Shown here piece by piece: positions 10,394 to 22,464 of a stretch of DNA of 64,000 nt (positions within the stretch are counted from its first letter, which is position 1; each line of letters opens with the position of its first letter). Both the position numbers and the translations under genes were made by a program. The notes below the pieces were generated by a model that was given only the letters and a program-made list of their open reading frames with translations, ran no database searches and had not been told where the DNA came from. The DNA is from Mobula hypostoma (taxonomy: Eukaryota), in NCBI RefSeq assembly GCF_963921235.1, contig NC_086097.1, forward strand, positions 128,156,001 to 128,220,000, in the 5' to 3' direction.

Positions 10394-12129
10394 CTTGCTG
10401 AAAGTAGGGTGGTTGATGTCATTTAATGTGTCCGGAGCTTTAGTGGTCTTTGGATACTTCCACATTGCCTGTGTTCTGGGATACCCTTATAGGAGTTAGG
10501 ATGCTTCTCGTATATAAAGTGCTTCCTCTCATGTTGATTAGACACAGTTTATCCTTTCAAAATATTTAAACACATCTGTTATAAACCTTGTACATTTTTG
10601 ATTAAATGTATAGAAACAGTATGTAAACCATGACTATTTTTCTTTGTTGCTACAGCCTAGATACCGGGAACATTCAGGACTATACATTTATACTTAAAGA
10701 GGAAATGCAGTCAGTAATCAAAATATTTGAAATTTGCACACTGACAAATTTGCTAGACCCTGTCTCATGTAATCTGTGAACTGTATTGTTGGCATAAATG
10801 AATGAAAAGTTTGAATAATTGCTGTAAGGCTGCAGGAACATACTGACACTCTGGAGACCCACGTTGCTCTCCACAATCCCTACCCACTGCCCCATAATCT
10901 GTGGCAGGCCAGATGTTCGTGATGTAGCCTGACTTTGTACTGTCCAAACCAAGTGTTGGAAAGTGTTGAGGTTGGGAGAATGTGGGCTTGTTTGATATTC
11001 TGATGGCCATCTGTTCCACTTCAACATGGCCAGGTTCTCAAAATGATTCCGACAGTCTTACAGCAGGCCCATGTTTACAGAGTTCACCATCCTATCTATC
11101 CCAGAAATTATTAAATCAAAGACTCAAGTTGCAGGGAAAGTCTCCTCTTTTCTTTTTATTTAAAAAAAAAATCACTTAACCATAAATTGTGTGCTAAATC
11201 CATCCATATGCTTGAGTACACTAAAAGTAGAATCCCTGACACTATTTGAGGGCGGTGAGGGAGACAGTATTTAACCCCAAACGAAGTTTAATTAATTAGG
11301 CATTGTTCGCTGTATGTGGGACCATGAGCATGAAGTGTCTGTCAACTTGCTCTTCAAAGCTATAATCAAACAAGCTGTAAATCCCCAAAAGACTGATGAG
11401 AGTTACAAGCGCTTCTTATGAATGCATCACATGATTGGCTTCATCCCAGGATTCCTGTTTCCGGGGTATGTTTGATGGGATAACTGCTTTCACTTGTACT
11501 TGACCTACGTGGTCAGACTGGCTTGGGTGTAATATTTTTAATTTATTATGTTGACTGGCATGATTTGTTCACAGTGAGCATTTTTGGCGTATTAAGTGTA
11601 AAGCCAACTGTCATCCTTAGAAAACAGAATCAGGTTGGCTGGCTAAATCTGCTTTGTCCCATCGCAATATTAAATGCAATTCTTGCCATTCCTTAGTGCT
11701 GACAAATTAGGAAATTTTGTTTATTCTCTGACAGAATTTTGCTCCTTCATCATATAACCTGCATCTTATGTTTTCCATGGAAAAAAATACGGTGTAAGAT
11801 CTTCCACTCCCATTGTGAGTATCAGGAATGAACGAAGTAACAAGGAAATGCTTAACCAGTGCAATATAGGATTGCTATTTTCCATTATATTTACAATATT
11901 GCTTTCTTCAGAGCATGCTTCCTTTGGTTCAGTATTAGGCAATATAAATATTGGTAATAAGTTTCTGGAGGTTGCTGGCAGCTTCACGTGTCTGCATTCT
12001 GCAACCACCTGCAAGTTGTCGCTTAGTGCTGGAACTGACGCATGTATTGCAAAAGCAGAGTCTAAGCTGAGCAGGCTGACTGGGAGCCCAAGCTGCAAGT
12101 CTGCCATGCAGTATGTCCATAGTGCAAAG

Positions 12130-12460
12130 CACATCAGCACACACAGCAGAGCTGCTGTCTCACAGATCCAGCAACCCGGGTTCAATCCTGGCCTGTCTGT
12201 GTGGAGTTTGTATATTTGTCCGGTGGGTTTCCCCTCAGGGGCTCCAGTTTTCTTCCACAGCCTAAAGATACAGCTTGGTATATCAATGGGACACCATAAA
12301 ATTCCCCTAGTGTGTAGGTTATTGATAGAACCTGGAGATAATTGATGGGAATGTGTGAAACTATAATGGGATGAGTATAGGATCAGGATAACCATGGACA
12401 CTTCATGGTTAGCACAGTCTTGTTGGGCCAAAGGGCCTGTTTCTGAGCTGTACATCTCAA
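12130..12460 (+). mobile_element. tRNA-derived V-SINE with CR1-like tail
   Basis: GGGTTCAATCC, GTGTGGAGTTTG..GGGTTTCCC..GCTCCAGTTT..CCACAG, tail GGGCCAAAGGGCCTGTTTC. Confidence 0.7.
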
Positions 12461-12608
12461 TGGCTTTGTTGTTCACTTCTCTACAGTAGTGAGACCTGGT
12501 CAGGACCAATGTGTAAGCAGCCTTTGCTGCTTCATTCTCGGGATCTCCTGGCAGGTCGAGACCGCTATTTAAGTGATCGTGGACTATGCTAGTCTGTCAG
12601 CATACATT

Positions 12609-13130
12609 AAATCAATCAATCAATCAAAGTACATTTATTATCCAAGAGTGTATAAATTATACACCTTTTGATTTGTTTGCTTATGGGCAGCCACAATGCA
12701 AAAAACAGCATTGCGAACCAGAATGAGTCCTCAGGTCTGCTCCCTGGAGCAACTGGAGTAGTAGGCCCAAGCTCCGATCTCAAGTTCATCGTATTAGCAG
12801 GGCAAAAACGCTGCGCAACTTGCAGAGCTGACAACCATCAGAGAGAGGAATGAACATCATGGGAGAGCAAGAGAAGACAGCCTGTCCCTCCCCTCCGCAC
12901 TTGGGCTTTCCAGTCTATTTGGGCCAGTGTTTAAGTTGTCCAAACACCGTGTAGTGCCTCGCTCTTGGACCCGGGCCATGGTGCAGCAACGCATCTGGAC
13001 CGCACAGCCCGAAGCCGTTCTCAATCTCCCCAAATCAGCTTTGAGTTTGGAGCAATCCAACCTCGCACCTGAGTTAGGTGGATGGGCATTGAAAGTCTTC
13101 TGCATCAACTCCTCTCCAAATCATTCACTC
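12609..13130 (-). repeat. Unclassified interspersed repeat with (TGAT)n tail and GC-rich body
   Basis: (ATCA)n then TTTATTATC...GATTTGTTTGCTTATGGGCAGCCA, related to 21890-21960. Confidence 0.4.
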
Positions 13131-14914
13131 CAACAGCGACAGCGTTAGGAGCTCCGTCTGCACTGAGTCTTGACACATTGCGTTCCAGCTTTGCAATACA
13201 CCAGCACGGCTCATCCTTAAAATCAGCTTCGCCTCTGCATGCTTCTTCATTGTTTGCGGTGAAAGTTGACCACAATCTACCTCAGAAAATGTGTTACTAG
13301 TAATGTTTCCAGTCATATTTCTTGCCTTCTGATCTGCCAGTAAGCTGTTGTACAACTTCAGCAGCGCTGAACCAGAGATAGCACTATTAAACCAGTGAAG
13401 TCTGTGATGGGCTGGCCGCATTTACTTCTTGCTTGATGTTCATATTATCAAGGACTCTCTCTGTAGTGTTAGATGTCCGTAACTCAGCTCTGAAAGAAAT
13501 GAGGAGAAGCTGTCTGAGCAGAAGACCTAGAGAAAGCAAAGGCTGGTAAATGTCACAACTTCTCAGCACATATCCCAAGTACCATCTAGAGAGAGGGTCC
13601 TGAGCCACACTAGACAATGCCCGACTCCCCGACTCAGAGGTGACCACAAAGAGTGCATATAATCATACTGTATCATGGTTGGAAAGTTGTCATGCAGGAC
13701 ATAGTTGGTCTCTGAGACTTTTTGCAATGGAAAATTCCTAGCTGTTTGATAAGTAGTAAGAAAACCTGATGTGTCAGGTCTCACAGGTTTGATTCCAATA
13801 CAGCGATGATGAGTTTATTGCTTCAGTCCTATTCCCAGAGCCCAATGCTTTTTTCCACAAATTACGCCAACAGTTTTCCGTGGCTGCCTGAGACTCAGCT
13901 AGCAAAATAAAGATGATCTATTCGTGCTTGGGCTCCCATATGGGGCTTCAATGCATTACCTGGATCTAATTATCTCATCTCTGTTTGACAGAGAGGTTTC
14001 TTTGGAATGTTCTCCATCATCAGAAACCTCACCCATGCCTACAATGCTCTAAATTGTTTAAAAACACAAGGGAGATTATGTGGTGTGTTCAATAATTTGG
14101 GCTGTCTGATGGTTTGATGTATTTTTGGGTCTCTTGCACATTGGATGAACAAGTTAGAGCAAATCTTATATTGACCTCAAAGTCTTTATGAACTACTCAA
14201 GCATAATATCCTCTTCAGAGGCATGTGGGGAGTAACAGTAAAGTGCCTCTGGTCCGTAAAGTAGTTTTGAATGCACACAAACTTGAAGAAGCTATTGCTT
14301 AGCAACCGGGCATCATTTATAGCCATTGCCTTTTCTATTTATTGAAGCAAACTGATGTTGTACAGGAATGTTCCCGTGCAGACACAGTCTTCATGACTGT
14401 TGCTCTTAATTTTTTTTTGTTCTGAAGGGTGCTGCACAAAAGCTGACAGCTGCTGTGACAAGCTGACGGATTTGTGATGTCTGAATCTTGTTAACAAAGT
14501 TATCTCAAATTCTAGCCTGTGACCTGGAAAAACAAACTGGGAAAAATTCAGACTGGATGTGCCGAAACTTAATTTGTTTCACTGTTGCATTTAAATAGCC
14601 AAAGTTCTCCCTGATGCAAAGTAATTCTCTTGATTCACGGTCCATCTAACTGATACCCTTTTCCATTTTGGGGAAGGGCACTTTGAGGCTTGAAGTTCTT
14701 TTGAGCACCTCCACGTAAGACTCCAGGGGATGATGGAAGTTGATGCTGCGTCACATGAGGAAGGCCATCTTAACGAGACAAGAACCGAGATCTGTAATTA
14801 CTTTGTATACTGTGTATTCCTCCTGATGAAGGAACACCCCTTTTCTTTACCCCAACTAAAGGGCTTTCTTCATCACAGAAGTATCGTTCCATTCAGAAGG
14901 TAGCAGATCTTCCA

Positions 14915-15250
14915 ATTAGTCAGTAGATTGTGGGTTCAACTCCCTCCCAAAGACTTGATCTAGGCTGTCAGTGCAGTACTGAAGGGTGCTAGCATTCAAA
15001 TGAGACGTGAAACACTGTTCCTCCACTGAAAATGAAAGCTCTCATTGAATTGTTTCCAGGAGAACAGATAATTACTTAGAGTGTCTTAGTCAGAATATTG
15101 TCAAAAGCAGACCGAGTGGTTATTATCACTCCACTGTTTGTGAGAGCTTGCTATGTACACACTGTCTACCAGGTTTTCTACATTTCAATGTTCACTGCAG
15201 AACACTGTGGGCTATCTTTAGATGATAGAAGGCACTGTAGAATATTTATT
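14915..15250 (+). mobile_element. Deu-domain SINE (SacSINE1/AmnSINE1-like)
   Basis: GGGTTCAA B-box, TCAGTGCAGTACTGAAGGGTGCT, ATGAGACGTGAAAC, TTATCAC..CTGTTTGTGAGAGCTTGCT match the DeuSINE consensus as I recall it. Confidence 0.55.
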
Positions 15251-15716
15251 TTCTCATGTTCTACACCACTCAAAAAGGTCAAAAACTGATGAAAGACCAG
15301 TGAATATGAACTTTGATGTTTTCATAGATGCAGCGAGAATTTCTCTTGAATTTGTGATTCCTGCCTTGCACATCAAACATTATTTTTCCATCCATTTGCT
15401 GCATTTCGTTCATCACATTTTATAGAGTCACATTTTGGATAGGAACACATTTTTAAATAAAATATGTAAAATCTACACCAACACCTCCGTAGAAACTTAG
15501 GTAATTGAAACTAGGAGGCAGGATTTTATCATCAAAAATCATACCTCAAGCACCAATTAGAATGGAGGTTACTTGGAGGAGTCGATGCTTTGGTGGTTTG
15601 TAGCAAAGCCCCCCATCTGATTTTAAAATGTACTGTTATGGGGCATGTAAAGTCCGGTTATAGAACAGGTCATTTTTAAATTTCCCAATTAAGAGTAGTC
15701 ACAAGTACAGTCAAAA

Positions 15717-15887
15717 AGATAAAGAGAGGGGGGGAAGCGGGGGGGGGAGAGAGAGAGAGAAGGGGGAGAGAGGAAGGGAGAGACAGAGACGGGAAGAGAG
15801 AGGGAGAGGGGGAGGGGGAGAGAGGAAGGGAGAGAGAGAAAAAAGAGGGAGGGTGGAGAAAGAGAGAGAGGGAGAGAGAGAAAGAAA
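15717..15887. repeat. Polypurine GA/G-rich low-complexity tract
   Basis: About 170 bp almost entirely G/A. Confidence 0.9.
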
Positions 15888-16189
15888 TAGATGTCCAAGT
15901 GAGCTATTTAGTTGTTGGATAAGAAGTGAATTTGACTATTTCCAATGCACTGCCATTGAACTTTAAGTAGTATCAGAATCAAAGTTGTTCTGATATCTGT
16001 AAACTGTGGAATCTCCGATTCTATCTCTTCCCTCTCTCAGTCTTTCTCCTTCAGGCACTCATTCCTGTTTGAATGGCTCTGATAGTTGCTGTGTACAAGA
16101 CCCTTTAATGAATGAAGAATTGGAGAGTCTGTATGGAAACATGCCATTTTGAACAGCAAATCCACAGGAATCATTGAGAACCCATTTAC

Positions 16190-17246
16190 AATGGTGGTTG
16201 TCTCTCGGGGTCTGAGGGAGGCTAAACATTGTGCAGTCAATCTGTGGATACACATGTGGCTTCGGAGGCCAAAGGCCGAAGCACACATGCGGTTGCAGGT
16301 TGGACATGGAATGGCGGTTGATAGAACAGGTGCATACACAGCTTTGTGGCGTCAGTCTCGTGCTGCTGCAAGGCACTGATTTCGGTCATCCTCAAAGTCA
16401 GATGCAGCTTTTCTGGACAGGGCACGCCACGCAGCCCTGTCGGCTGCAGACTCCTCAAGTTGTTGATGCTGGAGGTCTGCTCACTTGATGTACGATTTCA
16501 GATTGCCTTTGAATCTTTCTTTGAGGCGGCCCCGATTGCAACTACCGTGCTCAAGCTCACCGTAGAGCAGCTGCCTGGGGATTCTTGTTTCACCCATGGC
16601 CAGTCCAGCATAGCTGGGCTTGGAGGATCCTTGCCTCAATGTTTGTGCTGTTGGCTCTGTCAAGGACTTCCTGGCTGGTCCTGCCATTGAATCCTCACGA
16701 GCGACTGCAGAGAGCGCATGTGAAATTGCTCCAGCTGTTTGATGTGGCTGCAGTACAGGATCCAGGTTTCGCCGCCGTACAGGAGAGAGGTGAGGACCAC
16801 AGCCTTGTACACCTTGAGCTTGGTTGAAAGCAAAATGTCCTTGTGCTGCAGAACTTTGACACAGAGTTTCCCGAGTGCCTGGCTGGCTTTCTGGATCCTT
16901 GCTATGATCTCTTTGTCAAGGGAGCCATCACTGGAGATGGTGCTTGCTAGAAACTTGAATCTCTCCACATTCTTCAGGACAGTGCCGTCGATGGTGATGC
17001 ATGGCTGAGGAGGGTGACTGCTTTGTGCACGTTGTAGGAGAACTTCCGTCTCACCGAGGCTGGTTGTCAGGTCGAACAGCCCTGAGGTTGTGGAGAACTT
17101 GTTGACAATCGTCTGCAGCTGATTCGGCTGGTGGGCCATGAGGGCACAGTCATCAGCAAACGGGGCTTCCGTGATGAGCCTCCTCAACGTTTTGGTCTTT
17201 GCAGCAAGGTGTCTCAGGTCAAACATCGATCTGTCTCGGCGATATC
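16190..17246 (-). mobile_element. RTE-BovB-like LINE, 5'-truncated, frameshifted RT C-terminus
   Basis: FADDCAL, FKFLASTIS.DGSLDKEI.ARIQKASQA, KLKVYKAVVLTSLLYG.ETW, RIPRQLLYGEL, terminal C2H2-like CPTC..C....GL.SH. Confidence 0.9.
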
Positions 17247-17299
17247 TTATGTAAATAATGACCCTGCACTAATCTGCATTTTATTCAGTCCACTTTCCC

Positions 17300-17498
17300 A
17301 TCAACACCCCTGATTCTACCCCTCAACTACACACTAGGGGCAATTTATAGTGCTGAATGGTTTGCCTTTGGGAGGTGGAAAGGTACCAGAGCACCTAGTG
17401 AAGAATACCTCACAAAGAGTGCACCAGAAGTCAAATATGAACTCAGGTTATTTGTGCTGTGGTGCAGCAACTCTACTAACGACCCTACTGTGTCACCC
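17300..17498 (-). mobile_element. V-SINE remnant
   Basis: Antisense: ACACTAGGGGCAATTTA..CCAGAGCACC..TGAACTCAGG..CTGTGTCACCC. Confidence 0.5.
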
Positions 17499-17828
17499 AA
17501 AGTTTTAGGAGGTCTAAGTATTCCTTAAAAGCAGATCATGAAGATCTAATGCTCATAGACAGGAAGACTAAAGCAGACTTAACCTTTATCTCCTGGAATC
17601 AGGAGTACATAAGTGACGAGGGTTCATTCGCACGGAGCATTGTGTTGAATTCTTATTTGGAACATTGTCTTTCAGTTCTCGGTATTTCACTGCAAAATAT
17701 ATTTTAAACTTCATTTTTTAATTATATCCTTCAGCTCTATGTGTGGCTTAAGTTTTATATTACTCTCTGTAACATGTTTAAAAATACTGTATTAAAAATG
17801 TTTTCATTTTCTGGCTTTCTATCCTCAG

Positions 17829-17860
17829 GAATATCTGATATCCAAAAACAGTGTCATCCA
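17829..17860 (+). other. Candidate 32-nt exon of an unidentified host transcript
   Basis: ttttcattttctggctttctatcctcAG | GAATATC...CATCCA | GTAAGT; two open frames (EYLISKNSVI / ISDIQKQCHP). Confidence 0.35.
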
Positions 17861-17877
17861 GTAAGTTAACACAGCAT

Positions 17878-20710
17878 TTAATGTGAGGAGTATCATGAAC
17901 AAAGCGGATGAGCTTAGAGCGTGGATCAGCACTTGGAGATATGATGTTGTGGCCATTATAAACACTTGGATGGTGCAGGGGCAGGAATGGCTACTTCAAG
18001 TGCCAGGCTTTAGATGTTTCAGAAAGGATAGGGAGGGATGCAAAAGAGGTGGGGGTGTGGCACTGTTGAATAGAGATAGTGTCACGGCTGCAGAACAGGA
18101 GGAAGAATTGGAGGGGTTGTCTACGGAGTCTCTGTGGGTGGAAGTTAGGAATAGGAAGGTGTCAATAGCTCTACTGGGTGTTTTTTATAGACCACCCAAT
18201 AATAGAGACATCGAGGAGCAGACAGGGAGACAAATTCTGGAAAGGAGTAATAATAACAGGGTTGTTGTGGTGGGAGATTTTAATTTCCCAAATATTGATT
18301 AGCATCTCCCTAGAGTGAGGGGTTTAGATGGGGTAGAGTTTGTTAGGTATGTTCAGGAAGGTTTCTTGACACAATATGCAGATAATTCTACAAGAACAGA
18401 GGCTGTACTTGATCTGGTATTGGGAAATGAACCTGGTCAGGTGTCAGGTCTCTCAGTGGGAGAGCATTTTGGAGACAGTGATCACAACTCTATCTCCTTT
18501 ACCATAGCATTGGAGAGGGATAGGAACAGACAAGTTGGGGAAACATTTAATTGGAGTAAGCGGAATGATGAGGCTATCAGGCAGGAACTTGGAAGCATAA
18601 ATTGGAAACAGGTGTTCTCAGGGAAACGTACCAAAGAAATGTGGCAAATATTCAGGGGGTATTTGTGTGGGGTTCTGAGTAGGTACATTGAGACATGGAA
18701 AGGATGGTAGGGTACAAGATCCATGGTGCACAAAGGCTGTTGTAAATCTAGTCAAGAAGAAAATAAGAGCTTACGAAAAGTTCAAAAAACTAGGTAATGA
18801 TAGGAATCTAGAAGATTATAAGGCTAGCAGGAAGGAGCTTAAGAATGAAATTAGGAGAGCCAGAAGGGGCCATGAGAAGGCCTTGGTGGACAGGATTAAG
18901 GAAAACTCCAAGGCATTCTACAAGTATGTGAAGAACAAGAGGATTAGACGTGAGAGAAGAGGACCAATCAAGTGTGTATGGAACTGGAAGAAATAGCAGA
19001 GGTACTTAATGAATAATTTGCTTCAGTATTCACTACCGAAATGGATCTTGGCGATGGTAGGGATGACTTGCAGTGGACTGAAAAGCTTGAGAATGTAGAT
19101 ATTAAGAAAGAGGATGTGTTGGAGCTTTCGAAAAGCATCAAGTTGGACAAGTCACTGGGACCGGAGGAGATGTACCCCAGGCTACTGTGGGAAGTGAGGG
19201 AGGAGATAGCTGAACCTCTGGCAATGATCTTTGCATCATCAATGAGGACAGGAGAGGTTCTGGAGAATTGCAGGATTGCGGATGTTGTTCCCATAGTCAA
19301 GAAAGGGAATAAGGATAGCCCAGGAAATTATAGGCCAGTGAGTCTTACTTCAGTGGTTGGTAAGTTGATGGAGAAGATCCTGAGAGGCAGGATTTATGAA
19401 CATTTGGAGAGGTATAATATGATTAGGAATAGTCAGCATGGCTTTGTCAAAGGCAGGTCGTGCCTTACAAGCCTGATTGAATTTTTTGAGGATGTGACTA
19501 AACACATTGATGAAGGTAGAGTTGTAGATGTAGTGTATATGGATTTTAGCAAGGCATTTGATAAGGTATCCTATGCAAGGTTTATTGAGAAAATAAGTAG
19601 GCATGGGATCCAAGGGGACATTGCTTTCTGGATCCAGAACTGGTTTGCCCACAAAAGGCAAAGGATGGTAGTAGACGGGTCATATTCTGCATGGAGGCCG
19701 GTGACCAGTGGTGTGCCTCAGGAATCTGTTCTGGGACCCCTACGCTTTATGATTTTTATAAATGACCTGGATGAGAAAGTGGAGGGATGGGTTAGTAAAT
19801 TTGCTGATAACACTAAGGTTGGGGGTGTTGTGGATAGTGTGGAGGGCTGTCAGAGGTTACAGCAGGACATTGATAGGATGCAAAACTGAGCTGAGAAGTG
19901 GCAGATAGAGTTCAACCCAGATAAGTGTGAGGTGGTTAATTTTGGTAGGTCAAATATGATGGTAGGCCAGAATATAGCATTAATGGTAAGACTCCTGGCA
20001 GTGAGGAGGATCAGAGGGATCTTGGGGTCTGAGTCCATAGGACACTCAAAGCTGCTACGCAGGTTGACTCTGTGGTTAGGAAAGCATACGGTGCATTGGC
20101 CTTCATCAATCGTGGGATTGAGTTTAATAGCCGAGAGGTAATGTTGCAGCTATATAGGAACCTGGTCAGACACCACTTGGAGTACTGTGCTCAGTTCTGG
20201 TCACCTCATTACAGGAAGGATATGGAAACCATAGAAAGGGTGCAGAGAAGATTTACAAGGATGTTTCCTGGATTGGGGAGCATGCCTTATGAGAATAGTT
20301 TGAGTGAACTCGGCCTTTTCTCCTTGGAGCGACGGAGGATGAGAGGTGACCTGATAGAGGTGCATAAGATAATGAGAGGCATTGATCGTGTGGATAGTCA
20401 CGGGCTTTCCCCAGAGATGAAATGGCTAGCATGAGAGGGCATAGTTTTAAGGTGCTCAGAAGTAGGTACAGAGGAGATGTCGGGGTAAGTTTTTTACACA
20501 GAGAGTGGTGAGTGCGTGGAATGGGTGCCAGTGGCTGTGGTGGAGGCGGAAACGATAGGGTATTTTACGAGACTCCTGGATGGCTACATGGAGCTTAGAA
20601 AAATAGAGGGCTATGGGTAAAACCTAGGTAGTTCTAAAGTAGGGACATGTTCGGCACAGCTTTGTGGGCCGAAAGGTCTGTATTGTGCTGCATATTTTCT
20701 ATGTTTTCTA
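17878..20710 (+). mobile_element. CR1 LINE, near-complete ORF2 (APE endonuclease + RT) broken by stops and frameshifts, plus 3' UTR
   Basis: [78 protein letters not shown]-type tail. Confidence 0.95.
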
Positions 20711-21121
20711 AGCCAATCTCACTGGGGAAATCTTTAGGACAGGAAGTTAGAAAATAAAAATATTTTTAATAAACTGTTTCACAAAGTTGAACATAACACC
20801 TAGACTTTATGAAAAAGCTGAAATGTGAGAATATAAAGTATAAAATAACAGTAATCATTTTAAAATGCATTAATATTCTGAAATAGTTATGATAATCCAC
20901 AAGTATAACATTGTTTTCTTAGGGTCAGAGAGGCTATTTAGCAGTAATTCCACCTTCAAATGCCATTAAGTACTGAATTATTGAGTTTCTTTTAGCAGAG
21001 AGAGTATAAATCCAATGTTCACAGTACTCCAAGTGATATCTCAAGTTGGTTACTGCTTATGTATTGTTTAGTGAGTTCTAACAGGTTGTTTTTCACCTCT
21101 CTCCTGATCTATGTCTTGGTT

Positions 21122-21321
21122 CCAAGAAGGCAGTGGAGGCCAATTCTCTGGATGCTTTTAAGAAAGAGCTAGATAGAGCTCTTAAAGATAGTGGAGTCAA
21201 TGGATATAGGGAGAAAGCAGGAACGGGGTACTGATTGTGGATGATCAGCCATGATCACAGTGAATGGCGGTGCTGGCTCAAAGGGCCGAATGGCCTACTC
21301 CTGCACCTTTTGTCTATTGTT
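21122..21321 (+). mobile_element. CR1 3'-UTR fragment
   Basis: GGATGATCAGCCATGATCACAGTGAATGGCGG..GGGCCGAATGGCCTACTCCTGCACC..GTCTATTG. Confidence 0.8.
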
Positions 21322-21329
21322 ATCCTCTT

Positions 21330-21815
21330 TCTCATGCTACATCCTCTCTCCAGCCCCCATTTCATCTGCAACCCCCATGTGATTTCACCTGTTTACCTCT
21401 TCCGTAACGGTTCCTATTATTACCTTCCTTACTGTTAGGCACTGTGTTCCCCCTCCCCTCCTTATCACCCTTATATTTGTAACCATCCTTCCCTCCCTCC
21501 ACTTGGCCTCATCTGCCTTTTTTTGTCTTTCTCCATCTGTTACCCATTCGCCTCAGTGTCCAACTCTCCCCGCCCCTATCTGAATCCATCTGCTCATCAT
21601 CCTTCACCCTCCTCCGTTCATCAAATACCTACTGATCTCTGTCTCACCACCTTATCTTCTCTCTTTGTACTGGCTATCCTCCCTCTACACTCAGTCCTGG
21701 TGAAGAGTTCCAACCAGAAAGGTGGACAATTCCTTTCTCCCCACAGGCGCTGCTCGACCGGCTGAGTCCCTCCAACAGATTGTTTATTACTCCAGATTCC
21801 AGCATCTGTCGTCTT
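21330..21815 (+). mobile_element. Old Penelope-like 3' region and terminal repeat
   Basis: CT-rich body followed by CAGTC CTGGTGA AGAG..GAAA and CCAGATTCCAGCATCTG. Confidence 0.5.
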
Positions 21816-22464
21816 GCATGTCTGCACTTTGAATAGTTGGAATATATGGCAGGATTGAAACATCTGGAGATATTCAAAGCCTTGAAAGAACATTTATTAT
21901 TATCAATTAGGAATGCTGTATATGACTCTGAGATTTGTCTTCCTAATGGACAGCCATGAAATGAAGAAGAGCTTTGGAACCCGTTCAAAGAAAGAAAACA
22001 TCAACCCCCTCACACACAAAAAAAACTAATCAGGTAAAGGGCAACAAAACAAAAGAGCAAAAACACGGGATATAAAACACAAAATCACAAGGCATATTAA
22101 AATTCCATATTAAAAAGAGCATTCATAATCTACAAACAGCTGTGCATGTTATTTTGGTATTTCTCTTTGCGTAAGTTAAAATAAAACTTCTGTAAAACTT
22201 TCATTTCACCATTGTTATACTTTACTCCAGCAAATTTTCTGTCTGATGTCTACCAGAATCTTTGTCAATTATATTATTAGCCTAAACATGGAAAACGTCA
22301 ATCATTAAAAACGTCATGGATGAATAGAAAGCACAGCAGATAACTAATGCAAAATAATCTATGTGTTTTCCAGAGTTAAACCTGGGCTATTCAGTTAAAA
22401 CATCTAAAGGAGGATTTTCAGTTCATGTGATGAACTGAATCTGAAAATAATACGTTAGTATCAG

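Noticed and set aside
11766..12509. 247-aa (-) and 176-aa (+) ORFs as host genes
   Set aside because: Half of each runs through a V-SINE; no domain is recognisable; they overlap in antisense
19041..19889. 282-aa ORF as a functional reverse transcriptase
   Set aside because: Fragment of a CR1 ORF2 broken by stops and frameshifts; the catalytic ADD is changed to ADN
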